Origin: a virus | Taxonomy: Duplodnaviria; Caudoviricetes | IMG/VR virus record: IMGVR_UViG_3300036833_000232 | Location: 1-64,000 of that record | Strand: one strand, 5' to 3' | DNA length: 64,000 bases | Part shown: positions 47,665 to 57,484 of the stretch, piece after piece | Layout: each line of letters begins with the position of its first letter | How positions within the stretch are numbered: the first letter of the stretch is position 1 | Translations under genes and position numbers: made by a program | The notes under the pieces: model-generated | Told to the model about the DNA's origin: nothing | Seen by the model: only the letters and a program-made list of their open reading frames with translations | The model's database searches: none

Positions 47665-47997
47665 ATGGACGTTGTCACCCTCACCTCGGTCATCGTCGCG
47701 GTCGTGACCGTCCTCACCAGCGTCCTGGTGCCGTTGTATCTGCACCATCGCCGCAAAATCAAAGAACTTGGGGCCGGTGAGGTACTCAATTGGGAGGCGC
47801 TGAACCGCAGCATCGTCGCGGAGCGGGATGCGCTCCGGCGGCGCCTTGACGAGATCGACGACCACTACATCGCCCGGATCAAGGAGTTGCGGGAGGACTG
47901 GGAGTCGCAGATACAGGCCACCCGCGCCCGGATCCGGGATTTGGAGTCCGAGGTGGGGGCGCTGCGGCGGGCACTACGCGGCCCGGTGGACGGATGA
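47665..47997 (+). CDS. TM plus coiled-coil protein (lysis cassette)
   Basis: N-terminal TM then heptads. Confidence 0.7.
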   Translation: MDVVTLTSVIVAVVTVLTSVLVPLYLHHRRKIKELGAGEVLNWEALNRSIVAERDALRRRLDEIDDHYIARIKELREDWESQIQATRARIRDLESEVGALRRALRGPVDG

Positions 47998-48479
47998 TGG
48001 ACGAAACGATCCTGTCCGCCCTGTTCCTCGCCGTGTCGACACTGTCGTTGGTGATCCAGGCGTTGGCGTTGCGCCGGCTGTGGCGGTGGCCGGACGTGCG
48101 CAGCCACACCCAGAACCTCGTCTACCGGGGCTTGTTGCGCACCTCCGGTTGTCGTGTGGTGGCCGCGGGGATGTATGTGGTGATGGGTGCGGTCACGCTG
48201 GTCGCACAGCAAACCCTGCCGGTGCTGGCCCTGTCGGTGTTTACGGCGGTGCAGGTTCTGTGGCAGGCCAACGCGGCGGCGGATGTGCGGTTGCGGCGGT
48301 CGATCGCCGCGCAGGTCACCACGCCGGGTGCGTTGTCGGCGGATGAGGCCGAGTTGCTGGCCGCGGTGCGGACACTGCCGGCGGGGCGGGTGAACGCCGG
48401 TGCGTTGTCGACCGCGTTGGGTCCGGTCGCGGCGTCGGCGGTGTTGGCGGTGCTGTACAAGTCCGCTGGCCAGCAGTGA
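47994..48479 (+). CDS. three-TM membrane protein
   Basis: hydrophobic segments; ATGA overlap. Confidence 0.65.
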   Translation: MMDETILSALFLAVSTLSLVIQALALRRLWRWPDVRSHTQNLVYRGLLRTSGCRVVAAGMYVVMGAVTLVAQQTLPVLALSVFTAVQVLWQANAAADVRLRRSIAAQVTTPGALSADEAELLAAVRTLPAGRVNAGALSTALGPVAASAVLAVLYKSAGQQ

Positions 48480-48560
48480 CAGAGTTCCGTTCGTTTAGTG
48501 TTGCTCTGTTTGGTTTACTGAGGTGAGGGTCGTCAACTCCCCCAGACGGCGGCCCACCGT

Positions 48561-48619
48561 GGGGCCCTCCGCGTTCCCTGGGACATTTCTCCCGGGTTGA
48601 GCGCGGAGGGCCCCTTTTT
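48561..48619 (+). terminator. intrinsic terminator ending late operon
   Basis: GGGGCCCTCCGCG...CGCGGAGGGCCCC followed by TTTTT. Confidence 0.8.
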
Positions 48620-48651
48620 GCGTCTCTGCATCTGCTTTACTTGCGGGCACG

Positions 48652-49515
48652 GTGTGTGTCTACGTGTGGCATGAGGGTGTGGTGGGGTTGGAGTTGTGGT
48701 CCACGACGAGGATCGCCGCGGCGGCGCGGGTCTCCACCGGGCAACTCGCCGCGGCGAGCCTTGACTTGCCGGGGTTGCAGCCGGTGGCGAGGGTCGGCGC
48801 CAGTACCGGGTGGCGACCCGAGCATGCTCCGCTGCTCGCGGCGTGGGTCGCCGGCCAGCCGGTCACGGTCCCAGTCCTGGACGAGCCGCTGGTGGTGTAT
48901 TTGTCGATTGGTGAGGTCGCCGACCTGATGGGCATCCCCTACCAGACGCTGCGGGCCTCGGTGTATCGGCACCACCGGCGCGGCACGAAATCCAACTGCC
49001 CTGTCCCCGCGCCGGATGTGTGGATCCAGGGGGCTGATGGCCACATGGTCGCCGGGTGGCTGCCCGCGCGCCGCGCCGAACTGCAACGGTGGGCGGCACC
49101 CGTCGAACCGCCACCGTCCGATGCAGTGGACACGCTGGACCTGGTCGGAATCCCAGAGATCGCCCACCGGGTGGGGGTGCAACCCCGGGAGGTCCGCGAT
49201 TGGTACAACACCCACTCACTGGCCGACGGGGCCGACCAGTTCCCGGCGCCGGACGCACGCACCACCATCACCCGCGGCGGACACACCGTTGTCGAGCCCG
49301 GATGGGCACCGGAGCGGGTCGAGGTGGTGGTGGCGTGGTGTCGCGCGTTGCGGGAGCACCGCCGCCGGGAGAACCCGCGCCGCACATCGCAGGACATTCA
49401 ACGGTGGCGCGCCGGGGGCCTGTCGTGGCGGCAGATCGCCGAACGAACCGGCCTGTCCACCCGCGGAGCGCGGATGCTGCATGACAAGACCAGCGGGGAG
49501 GAATCTGGGGAATGA
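48652..49515 (+). CDS. tandem Xis/MerR-like HTH protein
   Basis: repeated HTH-PAPD-GW units plus C-terminal GLSWRQIAERTGLS; start uncertain. Confidence 0.7.
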   Translation: MCVYVWHEGVVGLELWSTTRIAAAARVSTGQLAAASLDLPGLQPVARVGASTGWRPEHAPLLAAWVAGQPVTVPVLDEPLVVYLSIGEVADLMGIPYQTLRASVYRHHRRGTKSNCPVPAPDVWIQGADGHMVAGWLPARRAELQRWAAPVEPPPSDAVDTLDLVGIPEIAHRVGVQPREVRDWYNTHSLADGADQFPAPDARTTITRGGHTVVEPGWAPERVEVVVAWCRALREHRRRENPRRTSQDIQRWRAGGLSWRQIAERTGLSTRGARMLHDKTSGEESGE

Positions 49516-49516
49516 G

Positions 49517-49550
49517 GTGGCCCCCGGACCCTGAGGTCAACGGGGGCCAC
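49517..49550. terminator. hairpin between convergent units
   Basis: GTGGCCCCCG...CGGGGGCCAC. Confidence 0.5.
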
Positions 49551-49636
49551 AACCTTTCCACCACAGAAAGGACACCCGGAGCGCCATGGTAGGTGCTGAG
49601 GTGCTCTGTCAGCATACGGCACACCCTGAGGTGGAT

Positions 49637-49882
49637 CTACCAGGCGGTGATCACACCGGAAACCCTGTGTCCGCATAGACCCACCGGCCATCCGGGTGGT
49701 AATAGACCAGCGGCCACACCGGGTCTCCCACGCTGGCGATGGTGAGGTTCCCGGCCAGGCCGGCGTCGATTTCGGCGTCCTGCCGCGACGGACAAGCCCG
49801 CACGGTGCCGTCCGGGCTGGCCACCCCCCCACACCAGCAACTCCTGGTCGAGGCTGCTGAAGTGGATCGCCGGCCGGGCCAT
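49637..49882 (-). CDS. hypothetical protein
   Basis: TGATG coupling to WhiB gene. Confidence 0.55.
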   Translation of the reverse strand: MARPAIHFSSLDQELLVWGGGQPGRHRAGLSVAAGRRNRRRPGREPHHRQRGRPGVAAGLLPPGWPVGLCGHRVSGVITAW

Positions 49883-50241
49883 CACGCCGCCTCGCGGTGT
49901 TGGTTCCGTAGACGGCTGCGTTGCCCGCCAGTCATGCCGGCGGCGACACCCGGCCGGGGCATCTCCGGCATGGTGGTTTCCCACCGCAGCACATCACCCT
50001 GACACTGCCGCCGCACCGGGCAGCCCGCGCACACCTGTTGGGCTTCGGCGTTGCGCCTCCGCGACCCGGAGAAGAACAGTTCGTGGCCGGCGGTGCGGCA
50101 GGCGGCGGCGTCGAACCAGGCGGGCGGGTCGCCGCCGGTTTCTGGCCACAGCGTCAACGCCAACGCCAGCCAGCCCTCACCGGCGTCGCCGATGGCCGCG
50201 ATCAGCGGATCGGTTTCTGGGTGTCCCACGGGGGTTCTCAC
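49882..50241 (-). CDS. WhiB family Fe-S transcription factor
   Basis: AACR...ELFF...CAGCPVRRQC...GVAAGMTGGQR. Confidence 0.85.
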   Translation of the reverse strand: MRTPVGHPETDPLIAAIGDAGEGWLALALTLWPETGGDPPAWFDAAACRTAGHELFFSGSRRRNAEAQQVCAGCPVRRQCQGDVLRWETTMPEMPRPGVAAGMTGGQRSRLRNQHREAA

Positions 50242-50510
50242 CCGTCCTGGCAGGGATGCCGTGGATCGAAGATGACGGTGTTGAAGTCGGGGCCGTCGTT
50301 GTTGGCGGGGCTGGTGGGGTCGTAGCCCCACTGGTCCCCGTTCGGGCAGGCCCCGCACACCCAGCCCGGGTTACAGGCGGGGTTGCTGTTTGCGGCCGGG
50401 GGTGTGGGGACACCCTGCTCGGGGGTGGTGGTGATCGGCGCACACGCGGCACCGGTGAGTACCCCGGCGAGCACCGTGGCGACAGCCAGGACAGTTCGCG
50501 CAGAGGTCAT
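50238..50510 (-). CDS. small putative lipoprotein
   Basis: signal peptide with LTGAAC lipobox-like end. Confidence 0.6.
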   Translation of the reverse strand: MTSARTVLAVATVLAGVLTGAACAPITTTPEQGVPTPPAANSNPACNPGWVCGACPNGDQWGYDPTSPANNDGPDFNTVIFDPRHPCQDG

Positions 50511-50557
50511 GGTGTTCTCCCTTTCTGTGGTGGTGGTTTGGGTGGCTAGTTCTGGGG

Positions 50558-50929
50558 TTACACGTTCCAGACTTTGTTCGGGTCGACGTGGTCAAGCAGC
50601 CGAGTCATGTAGTCAGGGATTGCGGCTCGCTGTTCGTCGGGCATCGGCGACACCAGCAATTCGGCGGCACCGATCTGTGCCGCCCGCTCGGCGACCCATG
50701 CCAACAATGCCGTCTCGTCGTTGAATTGTGGGCATTGTGGGATCTCCCGCAGTCGCGGGTGTTGCTCGAACAACCACTGGGCACATGCGGCGTCCACGCC
50801 GAGACTGTGCGACGGGCCGGGAACGGGCGCGCCGCTGATGAATTCCAGGATCTCCTGGTAGTCGTTGAAGGATGAGGGCAGGTGGTGGGTGACGGCGAGA
50901 ACAACGTCAAGCCGGAAGGTGCGCGTCAT
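50558..50929 (-). CDS. hypothetical protein
   Basis: GAAAGGA RBS; MTRTFRLDVVLAVT. Confidence 0.7.
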   Translation of the reverse strand: MTRTFRLDVVLAVTHHLPSSFNDYQEILEFISGAPVPGPSHSLGVDAACAQWLFEQHPRLREIPQCPQFNDETALLAWVAERAAQIGAAELLVSPMPDEQRAAIPDYMTRLLDHVDPNKVWNV

Positions 50930-51045
50930 CGGAACTTGGTCCTTTCGTTTCAGGGGGCTGCCAGTCAATTGTTGGGGACGCGCTGCGTCCCGGTCGGGGT
51001 TGCCACCTGTCATTGCTGGTTTCCTCGCGCCTTCTTTGTCGGTAG

Positions 51046-51528
51046 CTACCACCGGTGGCGGTGCCGGAAGCCGGTGCAGTATGGGCACAGCAGGTCGTCA
51101 TCGTCGGTGTTGCGCCAGCCGTGTCCGGCCAGCCGGGAGAACTCGGCGATGATCCGGTCGGCGGGGATGGCGGCCCGCTCCCCGCAGTTCGGGGTGTGGC
51201 AGACGAGATGCAGGACCTTCAGGTCCTGTCCGTGGCTGTGCAGGTAGCAGGTGTTGATGCGGCCGTCGGTGGTGCCGCCCCAGCCGTGCTCGCGCATCAC
51301 TCGTACGTCGCGCTGGGCGGTGAACCGGGCGATAGACGCGATCGGTGCCGGGGATGGTTGGTGGTCGAGTGATTCGCAGTGCACGGTGATGGTGTCGAGG
51401 TAGCGCTGCCCGGGCCGGTCCCGGCTGTCCCTGTTTGGCTGGTCGCGATTACGCCGCCAGCGGCCGTGCCATTCTCCGGCCCCGATCCCCAGCGCGAGGG
51501 TGGCCAGGTATCCCCACACGTCGCTCAT
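51046..51528 (-). CDS. membrane-anchored Zn-binding hypothetical protein
   Basis: N-terminal TM; two HGW...C repeats. Confidence 0.6.
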   Translation of the reverse strand: MSDVWGYLATLALGIGAGEWHGRWRRNRDQPNRDSRDRPGQRYLDTITVHCESLDHQPSPAPIASIARFTAQRDVRVMREHGWGGTTDGRINTCYLHSHGQDLKVLHLVCHTPNCGERAAIPADRIIAEFSRLAGHGWRNTDDDDLLCPYCTGFRHRHRW

Positions 51529-51642
51529 ACCCTCTCCGTTCACCTTGATCGCAGTTCTTGCTCTATCCAGGGGGCGCGGGCGAATAGCGCACCGGGTGAG
51601 GCCACTGTGCGATTATCGCCAATTTTTGCTTTCCTTTCTGGG

Positions 51643-52254
51643 TTAGTATCCGACGTATTTCCTGCCCGCGTGCACGGCGATCACCCCGGGCACGTTGTCG
51701 AGTGAGCCGTAGGTGGCCTCGGCGTAGCGTGTCCCGGCGATGATGTTGGACACCGGGTCGTCGATGTTGGTGTCGTAGCCCGGGCGCAGGGCGTAGGTGG
51801 CGAACACGCTGGGGATGGTCTGCATCAAGCCCTGGGAGGGGTGGCCGGCGGCGGCGTTGGAGTCCCATGTGTTGATCGTGTTCGGGTTCCCGCCGGATTC
51901 GCCTTGGATGATGATGATCAGGTCGGCGGTGTCGCTTGGCGTGAACGCGGGGTGGCCGTGGGTGGCCATGATCTGTTCGGCCTGGGCGATCCACTGCTGG
52001 ACTTGAGCGGATGTTGCTGGCGTGCCGGTGGCCTGCCCGCTCCCGCCGACGGCCGCGGCGATCCCCACCGTGCCGCCGATGGCGGTGACAGTGACGCCGA
52101 TCAGTAGGGCGAGCAGTCCCCGCTTCCGGCTGTCCCCGGGGTGGGGAGCGCGGGGAGTGCAGTGGGGACCGTGGTGGGGAGTGGGTGCCCGGCCGGGTCG
52201 GGGCCGGGTGGGGAGTTGCGGGGATGTGCGGATGACGAGTGGGGACCGGGCCAT
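51643..52254 (-). CDS. membrane-anchored lytic transglycosylase (SLT)
   Basis: ESGGNPNTINTWDSNA, GLMQ, DPVSNIIAGTRY; TM segment; AGGAG RBS. Confidence 0.9.
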   Translation of the reverse strand: MARSPLVIRTSPQLPTRPRPGRAPTPHHGPHCTPRAPHPGDSRKRGLLALLIGVTVTAIGGTVGIAAAVGGSGQATGTPATSAQVQQWIAQAEQIMATHGHPAFTPSDTADLIIIIQGESGGNPNTINTWDSNAAAGHPSQGLMQTIPSVFATYALRPGYDTNIDDPVSNIIAGTRYAEATYGSLDNVPGVIAVHAGRKYVGY

Positions 52255-53072
52255 GGTGGGTGCTCCTAGCTGGCGGGGACTGTGGTGGGGAGTGAGATCG
52301 GCGCGTGGGCGCGTTGATGGACCTGCGGGTAGGGTCCGCCAACGCTGCACCGGGTGGGGCGTGTGGGTTGCGGTGCGTGAGTGGTGCCTGCGCCGAAGCT
52401 GCTGCGGTGCGGGATGGCACCACAGTTGACGTTGATCACTGGAGGCGATAGCTGGCCTGGGCGCGGTGGCTGCCCCTCTCCCCCGTGTTGACCCGGTGGA
52501 GGGGTGGTTGGCCTGCGATGACCACGCTTGATCGTCACGTGTGGTGACGGTGATCCCGGTGGTGTTAGACTCGGTCTCGCGGGCATGCGCGCATGCGCGC
52601 GTAGGGTGTCCTCGGGGCGGGAGAGCGTGGGAAGTTACCATGGGAAGTTCCCACCCGCCGGTCACCTTCCGTGACGAGTGGATGTGGGTCCTGCGGGCCG
52701 CTTGAACTACCGTGCACTCTCTCGCCGAAACCGGGCGAATCGGACACGGTGCACCCAGGCTGGGGTGTCGCGGCGAACCGCCCGCAGGGTCACGCATTGC
52801 ACCGCCGAGTAAGGGTGTCCTAACCTGACCGAGAGTAGGGTTGGCGGCGTGAGCGCTCCGCCGATATGTCCGGCGGACCAGCTGGGCACCACTGCGGATC
52901 CCCACCCACTCCCCACCGCTGGCGGTCAGGGCCGGACCAGGCGATCCCCGCCCACACTCCCCGGAGACACCCACTCCCCACCTGCACTCCCCACCATTCC
53001 CCGGCCTGCATTCTCCACCCGGGGACCGCGCGAGCGGGGGGAGGGGAGTGGCGGATTCCCCACCCGCTCCCC
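52143..53072. repeat. clt-like clusters of 8-bp CACTCCCC repeats
   Basis: exact copies on + at 52907, 52955, 52972, 52985 and on - at 52152, 52176, 52287, 53043, plus 1-2 mismatch variants. Confidence 0.7.
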
Positions 53073-53075
53073 GCC

Positions 53076-55151
53076 TCATGCCGCCCCCACCCGGGTGGGG
53101 ATCGACTCCCACTTCCCGTGCCCGCAGTCGCGGACCTCCTCATTGCCGGCCGCACGACGCAGCGCCTGTGACACCACGGACAGCTCGAATCCCAGGGCGG
53201 CGGCCAGTTCCCCGGTGGTGGACCGTCCCCGCCGGGCCAGCTCCGTCACGATCGCGGCCTTCTTCGTGACCGAGGCGTCTTCGGGCTCTTCGACCGCGAT
53301 CGTCAGCGGCAGCGGCACCAGTTCCGCGACCCGATCGGTCAAATCCGCCCACGGGTTGGCCGCCCGGGCCAGTACAGCCGCAGGGGTGCCGCTGGGCAGG
53401 CCGAGGCGTCGGGTCTGCTTGTAGGTCTCCAACGCGATCCGGGCGTCGGCCATCGACTGCTCCGGGCTGCGGTGCGCCTCGGCGATGTAGGCACCCAGCG
53501 CCAGCTCACCGACCTCGTCATCACCCCACGGCTCGTTCGGCAGCGCCCGCGCCCACGGCGACATGTCCTGCGTGAAATCGGTGCGCAGCATCGCGGCCCG
53601 GTTGCTGCCAGCCGCCCGCAAATACGCCCAGCCGCCGTCGGTGGGCAACGTGTAGGGTGCCATCGTCGGACCGTTGATCAGATTGTGGGCGTATTTCGAG
53701 CTGGTGTAGAAACACACCACATTGCGGGACGTCAGAATATCTCGCAGGGTGGAATTACCGGCGAAATCCAGATTCAAATCCAGGCCCTGGGTGGCACACC
53801 ACACCGCCACGCCTTTTTTCCGGCCGAGTCGGACGACAATTTCCAGTTCTTTCGCGAAGTCTTGGTCGGCCTTCAACAGTAGGTGCAGTTCGTCAATGAT
53901 CCACAGGAGGCCTTTGCGGGCGGGGGAGGGGTTGACTCCGCGCACGTCCTCCGGCAGTGCGGCGTTCTCGATACCGCGGCCGGTCATGTACTCCTTGACC
54001 GCTGCCAGCTGCGCCCAGGCCCCCGTCAGGCCGTAGTCGGAGGCGGTCATGTAGTTGCTCAGGATCGGGGAGGAGTCGTTGTCGATGGAGCCGTCGTTGT
54101 AGAGCACCTTCCACCGGCGGCTGTGCAGCGCGGACATGCCCAGGTTCTCCAGGAACACGGACTTGCCGGAGCCGGGGTCGCCGGTCACCAACCCGTTGAT
54201 GACGGTGGCGACGTGGTCGGTCAGTTGCACCGACCCCCAGCCATCGCCATCGGCGTAGGGGCCGGACGCGACGTAGCCGTTGTCGTAGCGGGGCCCGGTG
54301 TAGGCCACCCCGTCTTTGAGGGGGTTGGTGGTCAGAAACGAGATCAGTCCGCGGGAGTAGTCGCCGTCGGGGTGCAGTTCGATCACGATGTCGGCGGGGG
54401 CCAGGCCCATCACGCCAGCGATTTTGGGACGGGCGGGGACCAGGTCATCGAAGGTGTTGTGGTCAGGGTCGAGAACGATCTCGAACGCCCACCCAGTCGC
54501 GAGTTCCCGCTCACCCGCGAGTATCGAGTGGGCGAATTTTTTGCCCTTCGCGGACAAGAATGTTTCCCAGCGTTCCACAATCCGGTCGGCGCCAGTGATC
54601 GGCGCGGCCAGCACCTCGTCCTCAGTGTCTTCATCCTCGTCCGCGGCGGGCAGTTGCGACGGAACCGGGCCGGCGACGATGCGGTGGTCCTGCCACCAGC
54701 GGCCAGCGAGGGTGACGGTGGTGCCGGCGAGCGCGCCGGTAAGCAGCCAGCCGGGGGTGGTACCGGTGTCGAGGACCGCAGCGAGGGTGGACCAGAGGGT
54801 GGCGGTGGTGCCGGCGAGCCAGAACCGCAGACTCCACCGGTGGGTGAACACCGTGCGCAATGCCCCGTAGCGGGTGAGGTACATCGCGCCGGTGGCCAGG
54901 GCGGCGGTGGAGGCACCGACCGCGAGGGGCTGGTGCGCGGCCATTTCGATCAGGTGAGCGCATTCGCCGTAGGCCCAGGTGCCCGCGCCGGCGAGGTGGG
55001 GGGCGACCATGGCGCGCTGCCAGCGGGACACGCGGAACGCTCGGTCGGCGGCCGCGTACTGCGCGAGCGCGTCTTCGTGGGAGACCGGCACGACTTCAGC
55101 ACCAACAGGCGTGGTGGTTTCCTGTGGTGGTGCGATGGCTTCGGTGCCCAC
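53076..55151 (-). CDS. traB: TraB-like FtsK/SpoIIIE DNA translocase
   Basis: N-terminal TM helices, Walker A GDPGSGKS, Walker B WIIDELH, RLGRKKGV...ATQ, C-terminal wHTH. Confidence 0.82.
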   Translation of the reverse strand: MGTEAIAPPQETTTPVGAEVVPVSHEDALAQYAAADRAFRVSRWQRAMVAPHLAGAGTWAYGECAHLIEMAAHQPLAVGASTAALATGAMYLTRYGALRTVFTHRWSLRFWLAGTTATLWSTLAAVLDTGTTPGWLLTGALAGTTVTLAGRWWQDHRIVAGPVPSQLPAADEDEDTEDEVLAAPITGADRIVERWETFLSAKGKKFAHSILAGERELATGWAFEIVLDPDHNTFDDLVPARPKIAGVMGLAPADIVIELHPDGDYSRGLISFLTTNPLKDGVAYTGPRYDNGYVASGPYADGDGWGSVQLTDHVATVINGLVTGDPGSGKSVFLENLGMSALHSRRWKVLYNDGSIDNDSSPILSNYMTASDYGLTGAWAQLAAVKEYMTGRGIENAALPEDVRGVNPSPARKGLLWIIDELHLLLKADQDFAKELEIVVRLGRKKGVAVWCATQGLDLNLDFAGNSTLRDILTSRNVVCFYTSSKYAHNLINGPTMAPYTLPTDGGWAYLRAAGSNRAAMLRTDFTQDMSPWARALPNEPWGDDEVGELALGAYIAEAHRSPEQSMADARIALETYKQTRRLGLPSGTPAAVLARAANPWADLTDRVAELVPLPLTIAVEEPEDASVTKKAAIVTELARRGRSTTGELAAALGFELSVVSQALRRAAGNEEVRDCGHGKWESIPTRVGAA

Positions 55152-55240
55152 GATGGTCCTCCCTCCGTGACTGTGGCAATGCGGGTGCGGTGCCTGGCCC
55201 CCCGTTCAGCGTCTGCTGGCGCGGGAGGCCAGGCGGTGGG

Positions 55241-55555
55241 TCAGCCCAGGTAGTTGTTGTTGGTGCCCGCGCCGGAGGCCTTGACGTGCTCCTGCGCGGC
55301 CTGGTGCGCCTCGTAGTGGGCTTTCATCTGCTCGGCCAGGCCCTTGGCCGCGGAGAGGTGGTTGAGTATTTCCGTGGTGGTAGAGACCTGGGACTGGTCG
55401 ATGTTCGCGCCGGCGGTCCCGACCGAAGCGATGTTCGCCTGGACGCGGGACTCGGCAGCGGCGAACACCTCGATCAGGCCGCTGGTGAACGTGATCCCGC
55501 GCTCGGGGTTGGTGACCTCGCCGCTGGCCAGGGTGAGGCTGCCGGAATCGGCCAT
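55241..55555 (-). CDS. small helical protein upstream of traB
   Basis: GAAGGAG RBS; 104 aa. Confidence 0.65.
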   Translation of the reverse strand: MADSGSLTLASGEVTNPERGITFTSGLIEVFAAAESRVQANIASVGTAGANIDQSQVSTTTEILNHLSAAKGLAEQMKAHYEAHQAAQEHVKASGAGTNNNYLG

Positions 55556-55624
55556 GGTGTGTGCTCCTTCGGGTGGGTTGCGCACGCCGCCTCCATGGTT
55601 GGGGGCGGACAACTTGGGGGTGGG

Positions 55625-56203
55625 TTATTCGGTGGTGGTGATCTCGATCGGGGCGGCCTCGATTGCCTTCGGCTGATCCGCGCGGATCGCCGGCACCCGG
55701 ATCAGCGGCCGGGCGGGGGCTGCGGTCTCGGTGTCGACCCGCAGGCTGTCGTTGTCGGTGGTGACGACGCGGGGGCGGCTGGCGAACCGGCGGGCGGCCC
55801 GCGAGACGATCTGGTGCCGCTTGTGGGCCCACCACTGGCGGGCGTTGCGCCACGCGAGCCGCCACACACCGGGGGTGCGGCCGCGGCGGACGTCGTCGTC
55901 TTCCCGCTCGATGCGGACCTCGTCCGCGCGGGTGGCGCGGCGGCCGGCGTTGGCGACCCATTCGGCGATGCGGCGCTGTAACGCCTGCCGGATCATGCCG
56001 CCCTGGGCGCGTTGCTCCCGCAGCGCGGCGTGGCGGGCCATCCACTTCTCATGGCCGTGCCGCATCCGCTGCATGCGTTCCTCGTGCCGGTTGTTCGACC
56101 GGTGCGGGGTGTTGCCGCGGGCGGAGGCGACACCGTCGATGCCGTCGGAGACGAGAAAACCGATCGTCAGGCACAGCAGGAAAACGAACGTGAACGGGTC
56201 CAC
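55625..56203 (-). CDS. membrane-anchored basic protein (transfer module)
   Basis: N-terminal TM, Arg-rich. Confidence 0.65.
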   Translation of the reverse strand: MDPFTFVFLLCLTIGFLVSDGIDGVASARGNTPHRSNNRHEERMQRMRHGHEKWMARHAALREQRAQGGMIRQALQRRIAEWVANAGRRATRADEVRIEREDDDVRRGRTPGVWRLAWRNARQWWAHKRHQIVSRAARRFASRPRVVTTDNDSLRVDTETAAPARPLIRVPAIRADQPKAIEAAPIEITTTE

Positions 56204-56206
56204 GGC

Positions 56207-56617
56207 TTAGGCTCCGATGAGGCTGAACAGCGGCGGGAACAGTCCGAGCGCGGCGGGCGCGAGGAACGCGACCCACGGGGTGTAGCGGCGGATCCCGCTG
56301 CCCCACTTCGGCGCCATATGGAAGATCGTGATGGCCACGAGTGCCAGGCCGATGCACCACGGCAGCGCGGTGGTCGCCGCGTGCGCCCCGGTGAGCAGCC
56401 AGCCGGGGCCGTGGGCGTGGGTGGCCAGGTCGGTGAGTTTGGCCAGGCCGTAGTGCAGGGCCTGGGCGATCAGGGCGGCGAACCCGATACCGGCCAGCAG
56501 CATCAGGAACGCGTGCACCCATTCCCAGTTCACGCGCTGGATGTTCGGATGGTGCTTGAGCACCACCCAGGCCAGTACCGCGAACACCAGCCCGGTGGCG
56601 GCGGATCCCCAGATCAT
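56207..56617 (-). CDS. four-TM membrane protein (Spd-like)
   Basis: hydrophobic throughout; CACAGAAAGGA RBS. Confidence 0.7.
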   Translation of the reverse strand: MIWGSAATGLVFAVLAWVVLKHHPNIQRVNWEWVHAFLMLLAGIGFAALIAQALHYGLAKLTDLATHAHGPGWLLTGAHAATTALPWCIGLALVAITIFHMAPKWGSGIRRYTPWVAFLAPAALGLFPPLFSLIGA

Positions 56618-56642
56618 GATGGTTCCTTTCTGTGAGTGTCGA

Positions 56643-57215
56643 TCACCAGGCGGTGATGTTGAGGAGAGTTGGAATCAGGCCGCCCAGGACGGGGACCTGT
56701 GCGATACCGGTGCCGATCAGCAGCGCGGCGGCGGTGACGGTGCACAGCCGGGTGAACCGCTGCGTCACCCATTTGGTGGTGTCGCCGACCACGGCGAACG
56801 CAGTGACGACCGCGGCCCACCCGGTCGCGGCGTAGCGCTGGACCGGGTGTGCCGAGATGCCCCACTCGGAGGTGCGGATCCGCGCCCACAACTCACCCGG
56901 GGTGCGGGGATGGTTGATGGCCTGCCCAAGCCCAACGGTGGGGCAGGCCACCCATTTTGCGGTGTCGACCGCGACACTGATGGTGATCGCCCCGACCGCC
57001 CACAGGCACGCGAAGACCCGTTTCGGTCCGCCGGTCGCGGTGGTCCATTCGCCGCGGCGGGCGTGATCCCAGATCTCGGCGGGAGTGTGCGGCACGGTGA
57101 CCGCCTCAGGCAGGGTGATCGCGTCGACCGCTTCGTGGGCCAGCGTCACCAGGAGGGATCCCCGTGGCTGCTCGCCCTGCCTGGTCGGGGGAGCGTCGTT
57201 GTCGGTGGTGGTCAC
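56643..57215 (-). CDS. membrane protein with internal duplication
   Basis: two P-x-E-(I/L)W...EW...DT(A/T)KWV repeats. Confidence 0.65.
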   Translation of the reverse strand: MTTTDNDAPPTRQGEQPRGSLLVTLAHEAVDAITLPEAVTVPHTPAEIWDHARRGEWTTATGGPKRVFACLWAVGAITISVAVDTAKWVACPTVGLGQAINHPRTPGELWARIRTSEWGISAHPVQRYAATGWAAVVTAFAVVGDTTKWVTQRFTRLCTVTAAALLIGTGIAQVPVLGGLIPTLLNITAW

Positions 57216-57484
57216 CGGGTTTCCTTCCGTTTCGTGCCGGACAACAGGGCGTCGGCCTCGGCGCGCAGCGTCTTGGCCAGGTCCCGGATGGCGTGGTTGA
57301 GGCGCGAACTGTCGCCGCGGTGGCGGCGAACCGCGCCGCGGAAGTAGTCGTAGGCGGCACCCAGTTCGTCCAGGGCGGTTTTCGCGCCGCGGGTTTCGGT
57401 GACAAGTTGTTTACGGCGGTTGACCGCCCGGGCCGCGATCTGCCGGGCCGGGGCTTTACCGCGGGAGCGGGGTTGTCCGGCCAT
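57212..57484 (-). CDS. hypothetical protein
   Basis: coupled on both sides. Confidence 0.65.
   Translation of the reverse strand: MAGQPRSRGKAPARQIAARAVNRRKQLVTETRGAKTALDELGAAYDYFRGAVRRHRGDSSRLNHAIRDLAKTLRAEADALLSGTKRKETR

Noticed and set aside
51643-53112. 489-aa version of the SLT ORF and ORF 52266..52586
   Set aside because: Upstream part is low-complexity repeat DNA; a good RBS supports ATG 52254.
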